From the human T2T-CHM13v2.0 reference genome, Homo sapiens: DNA of 64,000 bases. Position numbers and translations under genes: made by a program. A model generated the notes under the pieces. That model was not told the origin of the DNA and did not search any database. It saw only the letters and a list, made by a program, of their open reading frames with translations. Positions 15,223 through 28,982 of the stretch are shown piece after piece. The stretch's first letter is position 1; the number at the start of each line of letters is the position of its first letter. The stretch lies in assembly GCF_009914755.1 (NCBI RefSeq), contig NC_060936.1, one strand, 5' to 3'.

Positions 15223-16577
15223 AGATCAGAAACAGATAGAGAATTTTTTAAAAATGCACTAGAGAATTTTTTAAAAATAAGTTAGAGGAATAGCCCTGGA
15301 ATTCAGGGTGAAGGGATACTGTAAGAATCTCTTTCTCATGATTAGAGACTAAAATACATGTTATCATATGCTGTCTATGGCCTCTACCTACAAGCTTATT
15401 AGATATCTGTTAAGAATTAGAGAAAACCCTTAATCATGTCCTACATCAAGCTACCCAATGGTTCCAGCAAATGATCTGAATTATATGCATAAGAAAATGA
15501 GTCTATGCTACCAACGCAAGATCTGGTTCTGACTAGGAACTCAGGTGAGATCCAAGGAGTCCAACAGGTACCAACATAGACATCTATACTCAGCCTCTCT
15601 TTTTCATAATAAGCTTGAAAAAAATCAGTTTCAAACAAATAAGAAAAGCTATGTCATGAGATAATCATCTATTGGGAGAATTCGCTGTCATTTGTGAAAA
15701 GACATATATTAGAATAATCTTCTAAAAATAATTTAAAGCCAATATATTTTAAATACTTAAAAAGGAAATAATATTTCTTTAATAATCCAAAAAAGTTATA
15801 AAACAAATATATGTAGATATAAATCAATGATAAGTAGAAAAAAATAACAATTTTGGGAGATAAAGTAGATATTAAAATAAAAATAGAAAACTCTTAAACA
15901 GTGCATGTTATAATGACTTCATGTAAAGAGAGAAATAATCAAAATAGTGTACTCAGGAATTGATAAAATGCCACAAAAACATTAATGACATGAACAATAT
16001 AAAAAATAAGTTAGGAAACAAAAAGAATAAATTGAAAATCACCAAAACGCACCTGAATGAGGAATCAGAATTAGAGACTAGAAGGAATAGCAGAGACACA
16101 AGATTAGATAAAATGGAGTTTTACGATTCAAAAAGACATGGTCCTTAGATAGACAAAATTGTATCTAATTCCAAGAAAGATAAATAAAAATAAGGCAACA
16201 TGTGTGTATGTCACTATGAAGTTTTATAACATCAGGAAAAAATTGAAAACCTCAGAAGCTACCAGAGAGAAAGATACAAATACTTACGTAAAAAAGTGAC
16301 AATTTGACAGCAAACTTGTCATCCACAACGAGGAAGTAAAAAGTAAATAGCCATTTGTAGTACAAGGGAAAATGTTTAGACTTCTATATCCTGGTAAAAT
16401 TACATATAATTATATACATTTTATATAAATTATTAGTATATTTATATATAATTTTTTCTCCAATACTGAAATAAAAGTAAATATATGAGTACTCAACACA
16501 CAAATCACCATTGAAAAAAGAAATTAAAATTTGTTCTTCAGGTAAACCAAAAATTTTCTGAGAAGAAGTAAGATTCA

Positions 16578-16937
<360 letters not shown>

Positions 16938-17129
16938 TCAGTAAAATATTTGGACTAATTAGTTGACAATTGAAATATATTTGTAATATTTTAACTTAAA
17001 AAAAGAAATACTAAGTAGCAGTAATTAAAACATAGAATTGAGGGAAGTGGATTGGAAATTGAACAAAACATTCTAAGACATTTTTATCCTGTTTGACAGA
17101 TAGATGAGAGTGAGACTAAAATGGCTTTC

Positions 17130-17480
17130 ATTTTCTATGGATGTGTTTTGCAATTTCTGTGGTCCAAGCTGGCTTGACTGGAATGCCGGGTCAAGGAAAG
17201 CCTTCCTCTCACTTCTCTGCTGGAATATCTGGGGACTCTGCATGATCTATTATCTTCTAAGGGAATAGCATGAGCTAATTCACATGGAAGCAAAATGTTT
17301 CTCAGCAGCAAAAGAGAACAAGCCCCAGTAGAGAGAGATTTTTTAAGCCTCCTCTTGGATCGTATTTGCTGTAGTTCAATAAGCCCAAACAAGTCACAAT
17401 TCATGCCTAGAGCCGCTGTCAGAAGAGACTACAGGGAGGGGTGAACAAACGAAGAAGCATTCTGCCACAATATACCACAG
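17130..17480. mobile_element. Old MaLR LTR fragment (MLT1J/K-like)
   Basis: 'caagccccagt...ttttaagcctc...atttgct...caagtcaca' motif order. Confidence 0.45.
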
Positions 17481-18104
17481 TTAGAAAAACAGGATATTAA
17501 ATACACTTGCTAACAAATGAATGATAAGCTGAAAAATAAGCGAATCCATGATGCAACTTTACAACCGTGGGAGAATAAAAAGGGGAGGGAGGAAATGTCT
17601 TAATAAAATCCAAAATGAGGCAAGGATGTTGGTGAAAAAGGCAAAGAATGCGTAGAAAATATAGTAGAAATAAGTCGAAATATATTAGCTATCAAAGAAC
17701 TGTAAATAAATTATAGAGTATATTAAAAATCATTATTACTTATAAGAAGTTTACTTTCAAAAGGACAACAAAATCACAGTGAATGTTTACAAATTGGAAA
17801 TTAAAAATTTGCCTTAAAAATAGTTTTAAAAAAACAGGCAGGAATATTGTTTTTGACAAATTAGGTTTTTGGCTTAACTTATTCATAGTACAAAGAAGTC
17901 ATTACACAATGATAAAAAACAATCTAATCTAAATATGAAATGGTTATGAATGTTTGATGTTTTAACAGCATATGCTCACTTTTTTAAAAGAAAGAATTAT
18001 AAGAAGCAAAAAGGTCTATGATTATATACAGATATTTCAGCATGTCAAAAATCTCAAAAAACTAGTAAAGCAAGTAGATGCAAAAATGTAACAACATAAT
18101 GAAG

Positions 18105-18417
18105 ATTTTTTTGTTGTTGTTTTTGATTTTTGAGACAAGGTCTCACACTGTCACCCAGGCTGGAGTGCAGCGGCGTGATCATAGCTCACTGCAGCCTCAA
18201 CCTCCCAGGTTCAAGGGAGCTCACTCTCACCTCAGCCTCCCAAATAGTGGGACCACAGGCACATGCCTCCACACCTGGCTAATTGTTTGTATTTTTTCAT
18301 AGAAACGGGGTTTTGCCATGTTGACCAGGCTGGTCTCTAACTCCTGGGATTAAGTGATCCACCTGCCTTGGCCTCCCAAATTACTGGGATTACAAACATG
18401 AGCCACCACACCTGGCT
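18105..18417 (-). mobile_element. AluJ
   Basis: 'gagacaaggtctcac...gtgatcatagctcactgcagcctcaacctcc'. Confidence 0.9.
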
Positions 18418-19006
18418 CAGAAGACTGAAGAACACAATTAACATGCTTAATTTGAAAAAAATATGTGAAGTACTCTGCACCCCTAAAATAGGGTAAATGC
18501 ATTCTTGTCAAGCACACATGAAGTATTTACCAAATTTCTCTATTTTCTAATCAGTAAAGGAAGCATCTATGGATTCCACAGAACATGTATTATACAAATC
18601 ATATTTTCTGATAACACAAACTATAATCCAACAGTGAAAAGTTAGTTAAAAGTCTATTTTTCAATATTATATAGGTTAATAAGAAAATTATTATAGAATA
18701 TGGGATCTATTTAGAGCTCAAGTGGCAAAATATTTGTGATAATGGTACTTTAAAAGTAATTCATATTTATTTTTATTTAAGATAAAAAATCAACTAATTT
18801 TTAAAATAATTGAGCTGAGTGATCAATTTTTAAACCTCAAACAAAAAGCAGATATTTGAATCAAAATGTAAGAAAACAACTAGATGGAAATAGACAAAGG
18901 ACCTCAATGCGAGCTTCATAAAAGACGAAATAGACAACAACAAATGAAAAAGTACTTCATCTCATTGACTTCAGGTAAACACAAATGAGTATTTCAAGGA
19001 GACATC

Positions 19007-20545
19007 TTTTTTTTTTTTCAACTTTTATTTTAGAAACAGAGGGTACATGTGCAGGTTTGTGAAAAAGGTATATCACATGATGCTGAGGTTTGGGGTATGA
19101 TTAAACCTGTCACCCTGGTAGTGAGCATAGTACCTAATAGGTAGTCATTCAGCCCTTTTCCTCCTCTCCCTCTCTCCCCACCTCTCCCTTTCTCCCCACG
19201 AGTAGTCTAGTGTCTCTTGTTCCTATCTTTATGTCCATGTGTACTCAATGTTTGGCTCCCAGTGAGAATACGTGGTCTTTGGTTTTCTGTTTCTGTGTTA
19301 GTTCGCTTAGGATAATGGCCTCCAGCTGTATCCATGTTGCTGCAAAGGACATGATTTTATTCTTCTTTATGGTTGTGTAGTATTCCATAGTGTATATATA
19401 CCACATTTTCTTTATCTAATCAACTGTTGATGGGTACCTAGGTTAATTCCATGTTTTTGCTATTGTAAATAGTGCTGCGACGAATATACAGGTGCCTGTG
19501 TCCTTTGGGTAAAACAGTTTATTTTCCTTTGGATATATACCCAGTAGTGGGATTGCTGGGTTGAATGGTAGTTCAACTCTCAGTTCTCTAAGGAATCTCC
19601 AAACTGCTTTCCATAGTGGCTGGACTAATTTACACTCTCACGAACAGTGTTTAAGTGTTCCTTTTTCTCTGCAGCCTCGCCAACATTGGTTATTTTTCTT
19701 AACTTTTTAACAAAAGCCATCCTGACTGGTATGAGATGATATCTCATGCTGATTTTGATTTGCATTTATCTGATAATTAGTGATGTTGAACATTTTTTAT
19801 ATGCTTGTTGGCTGCTTGTATGTCTTTTGAGAAGTGTCTGTTTATGTCTTTGACCCACTTTTTAATGAGGTGACTTGTTTTTTGCTTATTGATTTGTTTA
19901 AGTTCTTTACAGATTCTGGATATTAGATGTTTATCAGCTGCATAGTTAGCAAATATTTTATCCCATTCTGTCACTGTCTGTTTACTCTGTTGATAGTTTA
20001 TTTCGCTCTTCAGTAACTCTTTAGTTTAATTAGGTCCCATTTGTCAATTTTTGTTTTTGTTGCATTTGCTTTTGAGGACTTAGCCATAAATTCCTTCCTG
20101 AGGCCAATGACCAGAATGGTGTTTCCTAGATTTTCTTCTAGGATTGTTAGAGTTTGTGGTCTTATATTTAAATTTTTAATCCATCTTAATTTTTGTATAT
20201 GGTGAAGTGTATGGGTCCAGCTTCATGCTTCTGCATATGGCTAGCCAGCTATCCCAGCACCATTTATTGAATAGGCAGTCATTTCTCCATTGCTTATTTT
20301 TGCCAATTGTGTTGAAGATCAGATAGTTTTAGGTGTGTGGCTTTATTTCTGGATTCTGTTTTCTGTTCCATTGGTCTATGTGTCTGTTTTTTACCAGTAC
20401 CATGCTGTTTTGGTTAGTGTAGCCTTGTAGTATAGTTTGAATTCAGGTAATGTGATGCCTTCAGCTTTGTTCTTTTTGCTTAGGATTGCTTTGGCTTTTC
20501 AAGATCATTTTTGGTCCTATATGAATTTAGAATAGTTTTTACTAA
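19007..20545 (-). mobile_element. L1PA13-16-like 3' fragment
   Basis: Poly-T, 3'UTR 'acttttattttag..acagagggtacatgtgcagg', ORF2 peptide EWDKIFANYAADK. Confidence 0.9.
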
Positions 20546-22599
20546 TTCTGGGAAAAATCACAACCTATACACCAAATATATTAGTAGAAACTAAAAACAA
20601 TTTTGACAATCCAGTGACGGTTTGGATATGGATGTAGATTGGTTCCATTCTACCTATGCTAAACAAGAGAAACACTAACCCCTAACTCACAGTGTCAAGT
20701 GTCTGGAAATGGTTGGAGGTAAGCTGGTTTCCAACCTGACACTCTTGACTGGTATATTTGAGTGCCTTCCAAGAACAGCTAAGAAAATTCTGAAAAAGAA
20801 AACAATGACAGCTCATTGACCTTACTACTTTCTGAAGCCTATGGATCTTTCATACATTACAAATCGTCTGTAAATCAATACTAAACTACAAAAACAAATA
20901 ACTTTGCCTATCTACACACCTTACTTCAGATGAAGTCTGAAAATCACATTGTTCTTGTTTTTACCTTGAATTAAAGCATTCTACTTACCAAATACTCCTT
21001 GGAATATTTATGCTATTTCCATCCAAAATTCTTCCACAAAAAAAATAAGTTTTAGTTTATCTGTCTTCAGAAGGCCTACCTTTGTACTCTGCTAACTTCT
21101 CTTCCTCCTTCTCCCACTCTTTTTTCTTTCTTACCTTCCATTATTTTGTGTATAAGGTACATTGTGCCAGACATTGTGCTAAATGCCAGAAATACAAAGA
21201 TCAATTAAAAATGACCACTTTTTGGGTAGAGTTTAAAAACTTGTATAGAGATTTCTTAAGAAAGAACAATTATATTTATAAAAATAAATGCACTACCACT
21301 TCATAAACTAATAGCAGCCAAATTTTCTTCATTGGGTTTTCTTGATATCTGTTCTGAGATATTTTGGTAACTTCTACTGATATTCACAATACGCTTATTG
21401 ACTACATATGGAAAAACTGCTAACTGAGAAAAATGTCAGTAATTAATGGGCTAATTACATTCTTTCAATTAAATGTGTTCTCCTCCTTTAAGATCATGAT
21501 AAAGACAACCAACATACAGTTAGATACTAATACAGAATTGTGGGAGGTTTTCAGATTTGATAAAGTTTTTTGAAAATTTGGAGTGATAATTACAATGTTA
21601 TTTGTAGGCTCATAGGATTCCCAGTAATACATGAATTACACCAATTAGCTCTAATAGGTATGGCAGAGGAAAAAGCATGGAGTAGCCCAGAAATAATTTA
21701 TGTTGCATGAATAAACTGTTCTTTGGCTCATACTAACAGGTTTCTTGATTATATAAACAGTTACAAAATGAATTGAAAACAGGAATTATCACTTACAGAA
21801 ACTTTCCTTTATGCAAACTTTAAATATTAACAACTTTAACTTATTTTGCCTGACAAGCACCCTTATTGCTTAGATTTTGACTATGTATCAAAAGTTATCT
21901 AAAATAAATGTGGTACTGTAATTTACATTTTATATTTACATAACTACTACTGATTATGTACATATGGAATAGATAAATTAATCTCATCGCTTGATGAAGG
22001 TAAACATAATAAAACTTTTTGCTAATATTAAGGATCATCATTTCACAGTGCCTTATATTATGCTGAATGATCTAGTAGACAGAGAAACTTTCCAACTTTC
22101 CTAACATTTTGCATTTTTCTCTTGTTCGTCTTTTTTATCAGAATAGAATTATCTGAATTTAACTAAAATGCTATGTCTTATTTTGCTCCTAGGGTGTCGT
22201 AGGCTATGTCTACATCAAGACTTGTTAGTGTCAAGAAAAAGATAAGCTCAGTTGGAAAGAAAATTCCCAATGTAAACCTCTTTTTCACTTTGCCATGATT
22301 CTAGCCAAGGTGCTTCTCACCTCAGCAGTGACTTCACCTGACATTATTACTTAACTTGCATTTTCCTATTCCTTACATAAGGGAAATCTTCTGGAAACAT
22401 ATTAGATCTCTACATTCCTTTATCTCTAATTCTAAAGGATTATGAGTTGGAAACATTACTTTATTTTCAGTAACTCTTTATGTTGATTTAGTTTTAATCT
22501 TTTTGGTACGGTTTTAAACTTCCAAAAAGTATAGGAATAATACAAGAAACTCCTATAGGCTCTTTACCTAGACTTATATATTTTTTATTTTCCTCATTT

Positions 22600-25290
22600 G
22601 CTTTAATGTGAGATAAATTATTATATACTTTTTCTTTTAACACTTTAAATATTTATTCCACTAGTCTGATTTCTCACATGTCCACTGTAATTTTTATGTT
22701 ATCCTTTATACTAAAAGTTCCTTCTTCTCTCTTCTGGCTTCATTTAAGATTTTTATCTTTCTCTCTCTCTGTCTCTCTCTCTCTCTCTCTGTCTCTCGCT
22801 CTTTTGAACATGATAGGCTAACGTGTTTTTTTTCGGGGGGAGAAGTATTTTTTCTGGTTAGTGTTTTCTCAGCCTCCTTTTATGTATGGTCCGGTGTTTA
22901 TCATTAACTTTGGAAAGTACTTAGCCATTATTACTTCAAATATTTTTTCTGCTGTTTTCTTTTTTCTCTTCAGGTAATCCAATTACACATATGTTACATA
23001 GCTTGGAACTGCCCCAGTGTTCTTTGATGCTGTTTTGTTTTTGTTTTTAATTCTGCTCATAAGCACATCATGAGCATTTTTAATCTTGTTACATTGCTTT
23101 TTACTTCTAGTATTTTATTTTGATCTTACATTTTTTATCTCTCTGCTTACTTTACCTACTTGTTTTTGTTTGTTGCTTAATTTTTTTATTAAAACAACAT
23201 ATTAATTATAGTTATTTTAAATTATCTAATAATTCCAAAATCTGTGTCATATCCAATTCTAATGATTGTTTTCTCTTCAGACGAGGGATTTTTGTTTCTT
23301 TGTTTTATGTGTGTCTCTGTTTTGGTTGGTATATCTTATAATTTTTGGTTGAAATGCAGGGATATGATCAGTTAATAAGAACTGAGATAAGTAGGCCTTT
23401 AGTGTTAGGATTTATGGTAACCTGCCTAGAAGTGGATTGTGTTAATATTTGCTATATCTATAGATGCCAGAGGCTTTAAATTACTCTATGGTCTGTTTTT
23501 ATATTTCTCCTCTTGACTTTATCCTTAACTAAATACTGTTCATCAGAGAGAGTCCATGACATGCCACTTTTTTTACCTGTAATCCACTGTTACTCTCATG
23601 GGGCCCTGTTGCAGTGGAAAGGGGATTAAAAGGCATTTTATCATCTTCTGATTAAATATCCAACTTTTAGATGATCTGTGTCTCTCAGATCTAACATTCA
23701 CAATTGTTCGTATTTTTTCACGAGTATAAATTCCTTTTTCCTTGCCATCTACTTATTTCCCTGGCTGAAATATTTGTAGTCTATTTATGACAACCCTGAC
23801 AGCTGTTTTTTGTTTTGTTTTTCTTTTTTTCTAATTTCAGTTTCTATTTTGGATTCAGGGGATACATGTGCAAGTTTGTTACATGGGCATATTGTGTGAT
23901 GCTGATGTTTGGGATATGATTGATCCCATCACCCAGGTAGTGAGCATAGTACCAAAAGAGAATTTTGCAACCCTTTCCACCCTCTCCCTCTACCCTCTCT
24001 ACTAGTCCCCAGTATCTCTTGTTCCCATCTTTATGTCCACACATAGCTGAAATTTAGCTCCCACTTTTATAAGTGAGAACATGTGATATTTCACTTTCTG
24101 CTTCTTCATTAATTCACTTAGAATAATGGCCTCCAACTCCATCCATTTTTGCCACAAAGGCTATAATTTCATTCTTTTTTATCGCTGTGTAGTATTCCAT
24201 ATTATATATTTACTACATTTCTTAATGCAATCCACCATCAAAGGGCACTTAGGTTGATTCCATGGCCTTGCTATTTTGAATTGTGCTGCGATGAACATAG
24301 GAGTCATGTGTTGTTTTGGTAGACTGATATATTTTCCTTTGGGTGGCTATGTACCCAGTAGTGGAATTACTGGGTTGAATGGTAGTAGTTCTGTTTTAAG
24401 TTATTTGAAAAATCTCCAAACTGCTTTCAACAGAGGCTGAACTAATTTACATTCCCACCAACAGTGTATGTATTCCCTTTTGTTTGCAGCCTTGCCAGCC
24501 TCTGTTGTTTTTTGGCTTTTTAATAAGAGCCATTCTGACTGGTGTAAGAGGGTATCTTATTGTGGTTTTGATATGTATTTCTATGATGATTCATGATGTG
24601 GGAGCATTTTTACATACATGGGAACATTTTTACATATGTCTGTTGGCTGTTTGTATGTTTTCTTTTGAGAAGCACCTGACAGTTTTTGACAGTTTTTTTT
24701 TTCTTCCTTAATGAAACGGAAAGGCTGGTGGGAGAGACCTGGAGTAAAACGAATTTCCATTCCTCATCTGGGATAATGCTCTGGCAAAAAAAAATTCTCT
24801 GCACATAGTAGTTCTTATTGTGAAGTCTCTGGGTTTATTTCAATGGTTACTCTTCTCCTCTGCTTGCCACAACCAGAAGGGGAATTTTTCCTGGATCTCA
24901 TTTGTAAGAAATTAGTGAAGTTTCTGTAGGTAAATCCCATGAATGTGATGGGCTCCCCTGTAAAACTTTAGCCCTCAGGAATTTTACACTCTCATGTTTA
25001 TTCACACTCAGCCTCCAGCAATTTATCAAAATTACCATTTCTACCAGTTTATGGCTTCTGAGTTCCTACTAGTTTATGGCTTCTACTGCAACTAAGCAGA
25101 TCTCGTCTGTATCTGTAGATTTAAATGTCCAGGTTTTGGAGTAGCAGTTTTTCCTTTTATACACCAGTTTTCTGATATTTCCTAGAAAAGTTTTTGACCA
25201 GTTCACCCAGCTTTGTCTTGATATAAAGATGAAAATGACAACTTTCAGGATTTTTACATAGCAGAGATGAAACTGGAACTAACTTCAGCA
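22600..25290 (-). mobile_element. Old L1M (MC/MD-like) fragment interrupted by an L1PA
   Basis: 'cttagccattattacttcaaatatttt' and 'atttatcaaaattaccattt'. Confidence 0.6.
23806..24674 (-). mobile_element. L1PA15/16-like 3' fragment
   Basis: 3'UTR 'ggattcagggg.tacatgtgcaagtttgttacatggg'. The flanks share 'cctgacag' (candidate TSD). Confidence 0.85.
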
Positions 25291-25299
25291 AAATGTATC

Positions 25300-26690
25300 T
25301 AGTATTTTTATCATCTACTGATAATTTTCTAACACCTTCATTCCTTCCGTATGACTTCACTTTGTCCTTGTTTTATAAGGAAGTGCTTTTCCATTGTTTG
25401 CATTTATTTATGTGCTTATTCATTTATTTATATCAGTGTAGGCTAAATGATTTCTTTTTCATTGAATAAGACATAATTTAGTAAATATTTTGATGCTCAA
25501 ATTGTTCAGATTTGGCCAGTGTAAAGCCCAGCAAGCTGATTCCTGGGAACATCTGAGAAGTCCCCATGATTTTGATACTTTCTTTCTGACACATCACTAT
25601 GTCTTTGGATCATTTTTTATTCTTCTTATAGGAATTAGTCATTTCTTCAAGGAACTTTAATTGCTTTTGTGGAAATTGGCATTTAGAAACTGAGATTTGG
25701 ACTCTTAATGCTTTCATTAAGCATTATTTTCCCTTTCTGTATTTATAATTCCCTTTCTCAATAGTAAAAATATCTGGCTCCTGTTGATCAGCCCTTATAA
25801 TGTTTTCATATTCTAGCAAATATAAATAGAATTGTTATGAAAGCGTTTTTCTGATTTTATAGTTTATTCATCTTAAATAAAGACTGTAAGTGGAATAGTA
25901 GGTCTTAGAATATGTGTTTGTTTAAGTTCAGAAGAATGTGCCAAATAATGTGTCAGAGGTTCCATCGAAGAAGGTCCCACTAGTAATATATGAGAGTTAC
26001 TAATCCACATCCTTGCCAACATTTAATGTTGCCAGAATGTAAAGTTGTCCCATTTGAGTATGTCTCATGTGATTTTCATTTGCATATGCCCAGCGATTCA
26101 TGATATTGAACACTTTTTATATGCACACTGGCCCTTTATTTTGCTTCCTTTGTGAATTGTTTGTTTAAATGTATTGCCAATCCTTTGTTATATATTTATT
26201 CTTAGTTTTAATTTATATAGGATATTATATATTCTGAACACATGCTTTGTTCTAATATGTGTTTTATATTTTTTAACACTGTCATATAATAAAAACATGT
26301 TTCTAAATTTGATTAGGTCTAATCTATCATTGTTTCCTTCACTATTTATGTGTTCTAAGTAAGAAATATGCTTCTATTACAGATGTCAAAATAATCTGCT
26401 TTTGTCACTTAAAAGCTTTTTATGCATCTTTTTCATGTAAGTCTATAATACATTTCTAATTATTTGTGTGTGTGTGTGTATGTTGTGTGTGTATGTTGTG
26501 TATGTTTCTGATGTGAGCCATAAAGATTCATTTTTGTTCCTTCGCATATCTACTTTATCCAGCCTCATATCAGAAAGACATTCCTATCTCCCTCCACTGA
26601 ATTCCTTTAGTGACTTCAAAAATAATCCATTTATCATAAAATGTGAATCAATTTTTGGACTTTCTGTTATGTTTCACTGATCTATTTTTC
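25300..26690 (-). mobile_element. L1ME-like fragments
   Basis: 'tttgatgctcaaattgttcagatttggccagtg' and 'ccacatccttgccaacatt'. Confidence 0.6.
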
Positions 26691-27464
26691 TAAGTATTGT
26701 TTAGAGGAAAACTTATAACTACAAATGCCTATGATAAAAAAGAATGAAAGAATGATTTCAAATTAATAACCTAAACTTCCACCCCAAGAAAATAGAAAGA
26801 ATAAACTCTGAATGGCCAGGAGGAAGGAAACAAACAGACAAAAAGTTAAGCGGAATAAATAAAATTTTGCATAGGAAAATAATAGAATGAATCAGAAAAT
26901 TCCAGAGTTGGTTATTTGAAAAGATCAACAATGGTGACAAAACTTTATTTAGACTTACAAAAGAATGTTCAAATTACTAAAAATTAAAAATGAAGGAGAG
27001 GATATCATTTCAGAACTTAAAGAAATAAAAATAATTATAAGTAAAACTGTGAGTAACTATATGCCAACATATTAGTTCACCTAGATAAAACTGACTCCTG
27101 TCTAGGAATTAAAATGCTATCAAAACCGAGTCAAAAGAAATAGGAAATATGGATAGAACTTTAAAATTAAAGAGATTAAATTGGTGATTTTAAAACTTTT
27201 CACAAAGAAAATCCCAGGTCTAGTGGCTTCACTGGTGAATTTTAGAAATAAATTAAGGAATTAAATTCAATTCTATGTAAACTGTTTCAAAAAATAGAAA
27301 AGGAGAGAACACTTACCAACTCATTCTGAGATTAATATTAACTTGTTACCAATACCAGACAAATGCACTACAAAAAAGACTACTGACCTATATATAATAG
27401 AAATGTAGGTTTAAAAAAAAAAGGCAAAACAAAACAAATAAAAAATACTTCAAAAATATTAGTA

Positions 27465-27598
27465 CACCTGCAGTCTTAGCTACTCAGGAGGCTGAGGTAA
27501 GAGAATTGCTTGGGCCCAGAGGTCAAGGCTGCAGTGAACCATGATGGAGCCACTGCACTCCAGCCTGAGTGACATTGTCAGACCATGTCTCAAGGAAA
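27465..27598 (+). mobile_element. Alu right-monomer fragment (AluJ/FRAM)
   Basis: 'cttagctactcaggaggctgagg...ggtcaaggctgcagtga'. Confidence 0.85.
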
Positions 27599-27599
27599 A

Positions 27600-27970
27600 G
27601 TATATATATTATGTATAATATATATTAGGAAATCAAATATATATTTGATATTATATATACCGTATATGTAGTATATGATATATAGTATATTTTTAATATA
27701 TAAAATAATATATAATCTATATTAGCATATAGATTTACTAATACATATTTATATTATGTTAAATACAATGTATATATTTACTTATATATTGTATATATTT
27801 ACATATATTATATATATAAATCTATAATAGCATATATACTAATATATATTTATATAATTATATATTATATAATATATTAGTATATATACTAATATATTAT
27901 ATTATTAGTGTATATACTAATATATAAATACAGATAAAATACATTAGTATTATATACACAATATATATTA
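27600..27970. repeat. Degenerate (TA)n-rich low-complexity tract
   Basis: Seen directly. Confidence 0.9.
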
Positions 27971-28072
27971 GTAAATCAAATTCAGCAAAATATAAAAATT
28001 ATTATGTATCATGACCAAGTGGGATCTATCCCAGGAATTTAAGATTAGGTTAATACCCAAAATCAAAAAATT

Positions 28073-28252
28073 CCAGTAGCTGGGATTACAGATATGTGCC
28101 ATTGCTTCCATATAATTATTTTATCTTTGTAGTGAGAGGGTCTTGCCATGTTGCCCTCAGTGGTCTCCAGCTCTCGGGCTCAAGTGATCCACCATGGCTT
28201 CATGGCTTCCCAAAGTGCTGAGTCTACAGACCTAAACCACCACACCCAGCCT
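28073..28252 (-). mobile_element. Partial AluJ
   Basis: 'agtagctgggattaca...ggctcaagtgatcc...cccaaagtgctg'. Confidence 0.8.
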
Positions 28253-28629
28253 TTATTTTATTATTAATATGGTTCAATTTAATTATTAATATGATTCAAT
28301 TCAGGTCTGTCTTTTTTTAAAAAAAATGTATTTCTTTCTCATTTTTCTCTCATTTGCACCCTCTCTTAGATTTTTTTTTTTTAGTGTTACATCTGGAAAT
28401 TATAATATGCATTTTAAGCTTATCATTGACTATTAGTGTTTATATTTTACCATATCACATAAAATCAAAAAAGACTGCAATAATATATTTTCATTTACCC
28501 CCATTCCTTTGTGCTATTTTTTTATATACAGCTTCTACATATTTGATGAAACCTACAATACATTGTTAGAATTTTTGCTTGAATGAACAAATTTAGGAGA
28601 ATAAAATTAAGCTAATGAAAATATATTTT

Positions 28630-28982
28630 TGATATGGTTTGGCTCTGTCTCCACTCCATCTTGAATTGTAGTTCCCATAATCCCCACGTGTTGTGGGACC
28701 CAGTGGGAGGTAATTTAATCATGGGGGTGGTTACCCTCCTGCTGTTCTCAGTGATAGTGAGTTCTCATGAAATCGGATGGTTTTATAAGGGGTTTGTCCC
28801 ACTTTGCTCAGTACTTCTCCTACCTGCCACATGTGAAGAAGGATGTGCTGCTTCCACTTCTGCCATGATTATAATTTTCCTGAGGCCTCCCCAGCTCTGC
28901 AGAACTCTCAGTCAATTAAACCTCTTTCCTTTATAAATTACCCAGTGATTTATTAATAGCAGCGTGAGAATGGACCAGTACA
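28630..28982 (+). mobile_element. THE1 (THE1C/D-like) MaLR solo LTR
   Basis: 'tgatatggtttggct...ttgaattgtagttcccataatcccc...tcaattaaacctctttcctttataaattaccc...taca'. Confidence 0.9.

Larger units (their letters stand above)
26700..28070 (+). mobile_element. L1M ORF2 fragment containing an Alu fragment and a TA-rich tract
   Basis: 'tttgaaaagatcaaca', 'ggcttcactggtgaatt', 'catgaccaagtgggat'. Confidence 0.75.
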
